DNA from: Candidatus Obscuribacterales bacterium
Lineage (GTDB): Bacteria; Cyanobacteriota; Vampirovibrionia; Obscuribacterales; Obscuribacteraceae
NCBI GenBank assembly: GCA_965228855.1
Contig: CBDDIJ010000003.1
Location: 2,080,001-2,144,000 of the forward strand
DNA: 64,000 nt
Direction of reading: 5' to 3'
Shown: positions 56,781 to 64,000 of the stretch, piece by piece
Position numbering within the stretch: the stretch's first letter is position 1
Layout of the letters: each line of letters opens with the position of its first letter
Made by a program: the position numbers and the translations under genes
Notes under the pieces: generated by a model
The model's input: the letters and a program-made list of their open reading frames with translations, nothing else
The model's database searches: none
Told to the model about the DNA's origin: nothing

Positions 56781-59180
56781 TTAGCGCCGGGGCAACACTA
56801 TTGTGAAGGTAGTGCCTTCGCCTTCCACGCTGTTGACCACGATGTCACCCTGGTGCGCGTCGACAATCTGCTTGCAGAGATATAGACCCAGTCCTGTTCC
56901 TACCGCCTGTCCTTTGCCCTTTTCACTGCGCCAGAAACGCTCAAAGACTTTGTTAATTTCGCTCTCGGCGATACCAATACCGGTGTCTTTAACATGGAGC
57001 ATAACCTGATTGGGTGTTTCTTCGCCCCAAACTTTGACGCCACCACGGGCGGCGGTAAATTTCAGAGCGTTATCAATCAGGTTTAGAACGACGCGCCGCA
57101 TGGCTAGCGTATCGACCTGAACACCTCCTTGACCTGGGGCAAGATTGATTTCCAGATTTATGTGTTTTTGTTCTGCCACCGCCATTAGTTCCCTTGCGCA
57201 CTCGCTGGAAAGGTCGAATAGCGAAACGTGCTCAAACGCGAGATCCGGATCGCTGAAGTCATAGCGGTTAACTTCAATCAAGTTTTGAACCATTCGAAGT
57301 AATCCCTGGTTACTTCTCCGCACCATTTGCAGAACTTCAGATTGGCTCTCGTCCACATCACCTAAAGTGCCATTGATTATTAATTCGAGTGTTCGGTCGG
57401 CGCCGATAAGCGGCGTCTTCAGGTCATGAACCAGAGTGGCGATGAAATCTTCACGCTGTTTGTCGACATTGCTTCTTTCATCGACTTCCATGGTGCTCAC
57501 GCAAACGCCGATGATTTCATTCATCTTATCCTTGAGAGGCCACGCCGCTAGATCCCAGTACAGCTCCCGCTTCCCGTTAGCATTGGCGAGCGCTACTCGT
57601 TGCCCACTCAATTGAACATTGATGTTTCGCTCCAGAACACCAGTCAAAACGTCGCGAGAAACCGTCGGAACAATTTCGTTGAAAGGTTGGCCAACCAGGT
57701 CGCTGACCTCTACGCCAAGCTGCTCTGCGACCGCCCGACTGGCTTTTGTTACAACGAGGTTTTTATCAAGTTTCCAAACTCCGATGGGAGCATTCTCCAT
57801 CGTGATGCTCTGCTCGTATAATCCAGAGTCACGGAATGCCTCATGGACACTCGATGTACTTGGCTCTCTGGTTACAGGAGGTCCACCCTCTCGGTGAATG
57901 GCAGAGAAGGTTCCGGATGCACGCAACCCTGTAGGAGCAGCAGAATCCGTTACCGCGGGATAGGTTCCGGAGCCCGCTAACTTCGCAACCACCGATGCAT
58001 CTATGCGATGCTGAGTTGTGCCGGATTCGCTGATATCCGTGCAACTGCCGATGAAGCCGAGGAAAGCACCATCGCTGCCGACTACCGGAGTGCCTGAGTC
58101 TAACAGGCGCCGGTAGCGATGATCGTGACGCCGCATTCTGTACTCGATGTGAAAACTTGTTCTCTCTTGAAGCGCGCGATCATAGGCGATCTGAAACCGC
58201 TGGCGATCCTGAGGATGTATTCCGACCAGCCAACCGTCGAACTTCAGAGCTTCTTGACTGGTTCCAGTAAATTCCAACCACTTACGATTGAAGAAAGTTC
58301 TGGTGCCATCCACTCCTGCCATCCACACCATCTGTGGTGCGGTGTTCGCGAGGTGATTGACACGCTCGGTCAAATCAATCAACGCCTTATCTTTCTCGAA
58401 AGCGTCCGTCAAATCGCGGAAGTTAGCCATAACCCCGATGATGTTTCCGGAGCGATTGCGCAACGGAGAATAGTAGGGTTGATAGTAACGACGTTCTCCA
58501 CGCGTATGGTAACTTTTGCGCTCTCCGGCAAAAGAACGCCCCGCCATAGCGAGCGAAATCTCGCGCTCCAAGCCTTCAAAAGGCAATTCTTCGGTCGCGA
58601 CTTTCCCGAGTACCTCCTGGCGTTTTCTTCCGAATATTCTCTCCATAGCGCGATTCCAGAGAACAATTCGATTCTGTAAGTCGAGGGCAACGATGCCGTC
58701 AAAGCTGTGGGTAAGCACGAAATCGCTGATTTGAGATACCATCTGGACCGACGCGACGGAGCGCTCAGCTACTCTTCCGACTATACGAGTCACTGTTTCA
58801 GTCGTCAGATGATCGAAGACGAGAACGTCAGCAGCTCCCAGCCGGATGAGCTTAAGAGCTGTATCTTCATCATTGGAATGTGTGATGTAGACAACGCTGC
58901 TTCGCGGCGCGGTCGCTCGAATTCGTCCGATTGCCTGACCCGGGTTGTCGTTAACGATGAGGTTCTCGGCCAGTATGACCACATCGACATCATCGGCACG
59001 CAACAGGTTGAGACAATCTCGCGCAGACTCAGCTTGGTCTATCGAGCAAGCAAACCCGGATAAACACTTGCTAAGTTTCGCGAATAACTCCTTATCGCCT
59101 CCGGCAATAAGTATTTTAAATTTGCTGGATTCGCTTGATTCCACGAACCTAATACCTTCAAAACGGGATGCCACGCTCAA
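56781..59180 (-). CDS. Cytoplasmic sensor histidine kinase (pseudo-receiver + 3 PAS + HisKA/HATPase)
   Basis: HDLKTPL, NLIDNALKF, DTGIGI, GTGLGL; PAS motifs (WNRAME, IHPQD). Confidence 0.93.
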   Translation of the reverse strand: MSVASRFEGIRFVESSESSKFKILIAGGDKELFAKLSKCLSGFACSIDQAESARDCLNLLRADDVDVVILAENLIVNDNPGQAIGRIRATAPRSSVVYITHSNDEDTALKLIRLGAADVLVFDHLTTETVTRIVGRVAERSVASVQMVSQISDFVLTHSFDGIVALDLQNRIVLWNRAMERIFGRKRQEVLGKVATEELPFEGLEREISLAMAGRSFAGERKSYHTRGERRYYQPYYSPLRNRSGNIIGVMANFRDLTDAFEKDKALIDLTERVNHLANTAPQMVWMAGVDGTRTFFNRKWLEFTGTSQEALKFDGWLVGIHPQDRQRFQIAYDRALQERTSFHIEYRMRRHDHRYRRLLDSGTPVVGSDGAFLGFIGSCTDISESGTTQHRIDASVVAKLAGSGTYPAVTDSAAPTGLRASGTFSAIHREGGPPVTREPSTSSVHEAFRDSGLYEQSITMENAPIGVWKLDKNLVVTKASRAVAEQLGVEVSDLVGQPFNEIVPTVSRDVLTGVLERNINVQLSGQRVALANANGKRELYWDLAAWPLKDKMNEIIGVCVSTMEVDERSNVDKQREDFIATLVHDLKTPLIGADRTLELIINGTLGDVDESQSEVLQMVRRSNQGLLRMVQNLIEVNRYDFSDPDLAFEHVSLFDLSSECARELMAVAEQKHINLEINLAPGQGGVQVDTLAMRRVVLNLIDNALKFTAARGGVKVWGEETPNQVMLHVKDTGIGIAESEINKVFERFWRSEKGKGQAVGTGLGLYLCKQIVDAHQGDIVVNSVEGEGTTFTIVLPRR

Positions 59181-59307
59181 TGTTTATATACACGTTCTTA
59201 ATCAAACTATATCGAGACGTTAAGCTAAATAGAGAGCCAAAGCCTCTAATGAGTTATAATCGCTTGTCTAGCTGTTCCGCGACGGGCAGCAGTTCCCGGA
59301 GAACATC

Positions 59308-59541
59308 ATGAGTCCGCTTTACATCGCTCTATTGATACTTACGACACTGTTCGCGATGGCTGTAATCGCGCTGGTTCTGCTGCACTCGCCCAAAGGCGAA
59401 GGGATGGGCGGTATCGGCGGCACGGCGACCCTCTTCAGTGGTAAGCGCGGAGCAGAAGCCGGTATCGACCGTGTGACCTGGACATGCGCGTTTCTGTTTC
59501 TTATCTGCTGTGGCGTCCTCGGTTTCGGCTTCGTAAGATAG
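59308..59541 (+). CDS. secG: Preprotein translocase subunit SecG
   Basis: LVLLHSPKGEGMGGIGG...FSGKRGAEAGIDRVTW. Confidence 0.93.
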   Translation: MSPLYIALLILTTLFAMAVIALVLLHSPKGEGMGGIGGTATLFSGKRGAEAGIDRVTWTCAFLFLICCGVLGFGFVR

Positions 59542-59544
59542 ACA

Positions 59545-60312
59545 ATGCCCTTTCAATTGCCCACGCAAGAGGAAAAGCACGCGTACGTGCACGATCAATT
59601 CGAGCGCATCGCTGCTCGATACGACCTCGCCAACGACGTTATCAGCCTCGGCATGCATCGTTTTTGGAAAAAACTGGCAGTCGATGTTTTAATCGACGGA
59701 CCAGGACGCAGCGACAATCGTCAGCAGCGCTTGTCAGGGAAATACCTGGACGTCTGCTGTGGAACCGGAGACCTGGCGCTGCGCATCGCAGAAAGACTCG
59801 AGCGTGACGGAGAAGTTACCGGTCTGGATTTCTCTGGCAATATGCTTGAAGTAGCAAGGCAAAGAACGGCGAAACACGAACAAGCGCTCAGCGCTTGCAC
59901 CAACTTTGTGCAGGGAGACGCTCAGAATTTGCCGTTCGCCGATGATTCGTTCGACGGCGCCATCATCAGCTTCGGCTTGAGAAATCTAACGCAATTCGAT
60001 CGCGGAATAGCAGAGATGGCCCGCGTTGTGAAACCGGGCGGCTTCGTGGTCAATCTCGACCTGGGACGCGCGAAGGGAGCGTTTTTCGCGCCGATGTTCA
60101 AATTATACTTTCGCCACTTCGTTCCAATCGTTGGAGCGGTTTTGCAGAACGATCGCAAGGCGTACACTTATTTGCCCGAGTCGAAGAGTACCTATCCTGA
60201 CCCGGAAGGTATTACTAAACTCTTCCAGGAAGCCGGGCTGACGAACGTTCGACATGTCGGGCTTTCATCCGGCAGTGTGGCGCTTCATGTCGGAGTAGTT
60301 GCCGAGAAATAG
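59545..60312 (+). CDS. ubiE: Demethylmenaquinone/ubiquinone C-methyltransferase (MenG/UbiE)
   Basis: YDLANDVISLGMHRFWK, LDVCCGTGD, SFGLRN, AYTYLPES. Confidence 0.92.
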   Translation: MPFQLPTQEEKHAYVHDQFERIAARYDLANDVISLGMHRFWKKLAVDVLIDGPGRSDNRQQRLSGKYLDVCCGTGDLALRIAERLERDGEVTGLDFSGNMLEVARQRTAKHEQALSACTNFVQGDAQNLPFADDSFDGAIISFGLRNLTQFDRGIAEMARVVKPGGFVVNLDLGRAKGAFFAPMFKLYFRHFVPIVGAVLQNDRKAYTYLPESKSTYPDPEGITKLFQEAGLTNVRHVGLSSGSVALHVGVVAEK

Positions 60313-60430
60313 TTTCTCATTGCACCACATGCGGTGCCGGTGGGTTGCCGCAGTTCACAAAAACAGTCCTATCCTGTGAGACTGATAGAGACATCGAATA
60401 CAGCCACCACACGGGACGAATCGTTCAAGC

Positions 60431-61681
60431 ATGACTCAAGAACGACCAGACGCAACGATCTCAGATAAAGAAGTTTCAGATTCTCAACCTGAAGCCGGTC
60501 GCGCGAAGAAGCTGATGATTATCGCTGGTGATGTGTCAGCCGACAAGCACGTAGGGCTGGTTCTGGCACGATTGAAGGAATTGGCACCGGATATGGAAAT
60601 CTGGGGCGGAGTCGGCGGCGAGTGTATGAAAGCCGCAGGCGTGGAGTATCTTTACGATCTTCGTGAGATGAACGCTATCGGTCTAACTGAGGTCGTAAAG
60701 CACATTCCTAAGGCGTGGCGGATCGGTCACGCATTGCTCGATTCGATAAGAACGCGAAAACCTGATGTGCTGTTGCTTGTGGACTTCGGCGCTTTCAATT
60801 TGCGCGTTGCAAAAAAAATCAGAAAGGAATTTCCAAATCAGCAAATCGTTTATTTCATCTCTCCGCAAGTCTGGGCGTCGCGGCCGTGGCGCATCAATAC
60901 GGTCGCAGAGACAATCTCTAAAATGCTTGTAATATTTCCTTTCGAGGAGGAACTCTACAAGTCGCGCGGAATCGACGCCAGATTCATCGGACATCCGTTG
61001 ACACAGCAAATCCCGCATGAGAGCGAGCTCATGGGGCGAGACGAATTTGCCCGGAAATACGGTCTGGATCCGAGAAAACCAATCGTTGCAGTCCTGCCCG
61101 GGTCGCGCAAACAAGAGATTAAACAGCACCTCTCGATGTGCCTTCGGGCTGTAGAAGAACTCTATCAGGACCGTCCCGATACACAATTTGTCATATCGAA
61201 AGCCAGTGACGACCTCGATGGTCTGTTTAAGTCCTGCCATGGACGAGAGCGCACCGAAAAGCTGCTGGGCAAAAATCTGGTCTACATCGAGGGTCGCGAC
61301 AACTATAATCTGTTTAATAATGCGGATGTAATTTGGGCAAAATCCGGCACCACGACGCTCGAGGTATCTTTCTTCGGCAAGCCCATGCTCATCTTCTATC
61401 GCGGAAGTTGGCTATCCTTCAGCGCTGTGACAATATTCAAAACCGTTAAGAATGTGGGGCTTCCAAACATACTCGCCGGTCGGACGCTCGTTCCTGAACT
61501 TTTACAACTGGATTGCCGCCCCCAACAACTCGTAAGATATACGCGTGATCTTCTTGATGTCCCCGGATTGCGAAAAGAAATCTCGGAAGAACTCAAATCC
61601 CTGAGACGCTCACTCGGTGACAACGATTACATCACAGCCTGCACCAAGGAACTCCTTGAGACGTTAGAGGTAGCCAATTGA
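60431..61681 (+). CDS. lpxB: Lipid-A-disaccharide synthase
   Basis: AGDVSAD, VDFGAFN, SPQVWASR, FPFE, GHPL, LPGSRKQE, KSGTTTLE, PELLQ. Confidence 0.95.
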   Translation: MTQERPDATISDKEVSDSQPEAGRAKKLMIIAGDVSADKHVGLVLARLKELAPDMEIWGGVGGECMKAAGVEYLYDLREMNAIGLTEVVKHIPKAWRIGHALLDSIRTRKPDVLLLVDFGAFNLRVAKKIRKEFPNQQIVYFISPQVWASRPWRINTVAETISKMLVIFPFEEELYKSRGIDARFIGHPLTQQIPHESELMGRDEFARKYGLDPRKPIVAVLPGSRKQEIKQHLSMCLRAVEELYQDRPDTQFVISKASDDLDGLFKSCHGRERTEKLLGKNLVYIEGRDNYNLFNNADVIWAKSGTTTLEVSFFGKPMLIFYRGSWLSFSAVTIFKTVKNVGLPNILAGRTLVPELLQLDCRPQQLVRYTRDLLDVPGLRKEISEELKSLRRSLGDNDYITACTKELLETLEVAN

Positions 61682-63528
61682 CACTCACGACTGAGAAACC
61701 AGCACCTATCGTAGATGCCGAGGCGGAAATCAAAATTGAAAGCAAAGGCGGTAACAAGGTTTTGAACAAACTGCTTTCAGCCAAACATGCGGAACTCTAT
61801 GTTCGCTTACTCGGATATCTGAAGCCATACACGACAGTGTTCGTGATCGGTCTTATCGCCGCGGTGCCATCCGGTGCGATGGATGGCATCATCGCCTTCC
61901 TCGCAGGTCAAGGCTTGCAGAAAATCATCGTTGACGGTCATAAAGAACTGGTTTACCTCATTCCAATCGGCATCCTCGTCGTCGCGCTTGCGCAGGGCGT
62001 GTTCCGATTTCTCGAATCATATTGCATTCGTTACGTGGGCGCCGCCGCCATCCGCGACTTGCGGAATGACTTATTCCAGCATCTGGAACAACAGCCACTG
62101 CTCTATTTCATGCGCCAATCATCAGGTGTGCTGATCGGCAGAATGTTCAACGACGTAAGCATCGTCGAAAACGCAATTGCTCAGACTTTCCAAACAATGA
62201 TAAGCAGGGTCATCACTCTGGTGTCACTATCGGCGGTACTACTATTCCAGAGCTTCTGGCTCAGCGTAATTGCCCTTTCAATTTTGTCGCTCATCGTCGT
62301 GCCGGTATCTGTTCTCGGCAAGAAGATCCGCAAGTCATCGAGAAACAGCCAGCAGAACGTCGGCGATTTGGTATCGGTGCTCTCCGAATCAATTCAGGGT
62401 GCGAAGATCGTTCAATCGTTCAACTTGCAACGGTTTCAAACCGATAGATTCAACTCGACGAATGAGAACTTCCTCGATAACCAGGTGAGAGCCATCAGAG
62501 CAGAAGCGATGATGTCGCCGATTTTGGCGATGATCGGCGCGATCGGCATCGCGGTCGTCGTCTGGGTGGCAGGCTATCAGGTCTTGCACAATCACATGAC
62601 TCTCGGGGCCCTGACCTCTTTCATCATCGCGCTGCTGCTCCTCTATTCGCCCATTAAAAACATCGGTCGAATCAATGGAACGCTCCAACCGGCATTAGCG
62701 GCCGCAGAACGAGTTTTCGAAGTTCTTGACCAGGAGTCAGACTTACAAGAATCACCGATTGCAGTAGAACTGCCGGCAGGTCCTCACAAAATCGAATTTA
62801 AGAATGTTTTCTATCAATATCCGAACAACTCCAACATGGTGCTAAACAACATCAATTGCACCATAGAACCCGGAAAGATGGTCGCTTTAGTTGGATTGTC
62901 GGGTTCCGGAAAATCTACGATTGCAAATCTGGTTCCAAGATACTTTGACCCTATATCCGGTGCTGTCTGCATCGACGGTCGACCGGTGTCCGACTATACG
63001 TTCCACAGTTTGAGACACGAGATCGCAGTTGTCACCCAGGACAACTTCCTGTTCAATACGACCATCGGCGAAAACATCAGATTAGGTAAGCTCGATGCCA
63101 CCGCCGAAGATGTCATAAATGCTGCTAAATCCGCTTACTGTCACGACTTCATCTCTGAACTTCCACAAGGTTACAACACCGAGATCGGCGAGCGCGGGGT
63201 GCGACTATCCGGCGGTCAGCAACAACGCGTGGCCATCGCCCGAGCGATTTTGAAAAACGCGCCAATCCTGATTCTGGACGAAGCGACCAGTGCGCTGGAC
63301 AACGAATCGGAAGCGATAGTTCAGGAAGCACTCAACAATTTGATGAAGGGACGCACCGTAATTGTCATCGCGCACAGACTCTCCACCGTTCGCCACGCAG
63401 ATGAGATTCTCGTACTCGATAAGGGCGAAATCATTGAGCAAGGCAGCCATGAAGAGCTCGTGAAAAGCGATCAAACATACGCTCGCCTCTTGCAAGCGCA
63501 GTTTGAACGTCCCGGCGTGTCCGGCTAG
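61678..63528 (+). CDS. msbA: Lipid A export ABC transporter MsbA-like
   Basis: ABC TM domain plus GLSGSGKST, LSGGQQQR, LILDEATSALD; overlaps the lpxB stop. Confidence 0.88.
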   Translation: MTLTTEKPAPIVDAEAEIKIESKGGNKVLNKLLSAKHAELYVRLLGYLKPYTTVFVIGLIAAVPSGAMDGIIAFLAGQGLQKIIVDGHKELVYLIPIGILVVALAQGVFRFLESYCIRYVGAAAIRDLRNDLFQHLEQQPLLYFMRQSSGVLIGRMFNDVSIVENAIAQTFQTMISRVITLVSLSAVLLFQSFWLSVIALSILSLIVVPVSVLGKKIRKSSRNSQQNVGDLVSVLSESIQGAKIVQSFNLQRFQTDRFNSTNENFLDNQVRAIRAEAMMSPILAMIGAIGIAVVVWVAGYQVLHNHMTLGALTSFIIALLLLYSPIKNIGRINGTLQPALAAAERVFEVLDQESDLQESPIAVELPAGPHKIEFKNVFYQYPNNSNMVLNNINCTIEPGKMVALVGLSGSGKSTIANLVPRYFDPISGAVCIDGRPVSDYTFHSLRHEIAVVTQDNFLFNTTIGENIRLGKLDATAEDVINAAKSAYCHDFISELPQGYNTEIGERGVRLSGGQQQRVAIARAILKNAPILILDEATSALDNESEAIVQEALNNLMKGRTVIVIAHRLSTVRHADEILVLDKGEIIEQGSHEELVKSDQTYARLLQAQFERPGVSG

Positions 63529-63792
63529 TCGCCCCTCAGAACGACGATCTGCTCGAAATTAATGGCGCGCCTGGTCCTGTTTTTAGCGATCAAGTCTCGA
63601 GACATGGGCAGTTCGGCATACGAGAAAACGATGAGTACCCGCTAGAATTTCGCTTTCGTCATCCAATCGGATGTGATTAATACGAAATATAAGAAATCTA
63701 TCATTCGCAAACTCTTTACATCATCTCCCCAGTGACGACAATAAATAACAGAGGTACCGAGTCCTCACGCCGAAGCCTTGAAGGTGCACAGA

Positions 63793-64000
63793 ATGTCCAA
63801 ACGCAGGAAGACGACCCAATCTAACGCAATACCGGGTCAACAGACAAAGACCAGACTTTCAAAAGCCCTGGGGGCGGCCGGCTTGACCAGACCGAACTCC
63901 GAGACGCCTGCGCCAACCTACTTTGACTTTGCACCGGATGCCGAGCAGCCGATAGCAATGACTCAGGCACAAGCAGCGAAGACGGTTGAAATCGAATCGG
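63793..64000 (+). CDS. Hypothetical protein, 5' fragment running off the window
   Basis: ATG with AAGG upstream; frame open to the window end (MSKRRKTTQ...). Confidence 0.45.
   Translation, partial: MSKRRKTTQSNAIPGQQTKTRLSKALGAAGLTRPNSETPAPTYFDFAPDAEQPIAMTQAQAAKTVEIES

Noticed and set aside
63529..63792. AT-richer spacer after msbA as a possible island boundary
   Set aside because: No att site, tRNA or integrase visible; too little downstream context.

Overview
Gene-dense bacterial chromosomal window of about 50% GC. The gene content suggests a non-photosynthetic Cyanobacteriota genome (Vampirovibrionia/Obscuribacterales-like); this is inference only. It rests on the rsmA-ispE pair, a cyanobacterial-style secG, lpxB-msbA, a Hanks kinase-TM-LRR protein and several TPR/matrixin proteins. 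The window holds housekeeping genes (rsmA, ispE, nth, cutA, sixA, ruvX/yqgF, secG, menG/ubiE, lpxB, msbA, asnB, two acyl-CoA ligases) and a TetR-EmrB/EmrA-TolC efflux locus with two matching 25-bp operators. Signalling genes include a >1480-aa poly-HAMP histidine kinase that runs off the left edge and is missing from the ORF track. Envelope glycosyltransferases and several uncharacterised accessory genes make up the rest. I found no rRNA, tRNA, CRISPR array, transposase or integrase. The best candidates for novelty are: an acidic/proline leader ORF whose stop codon lies in a hairpin next to the SD of a CNNM/CorC Mg2+ transporter; a tandem array of three diverged membrane-protein paralogues behind an orphan gene with a Pho-box-like promoter; an orphan RHH antitoxin with an intact operator but no toxin; a nucleoside-deoxyribosyltransferase-like fusion protein; a divergent NlpC/P60 + LysM pair lacking signal peptides; and a membrane-anchored SF2 helicase. 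All family calls come from reading motifs by eye, without database searches.
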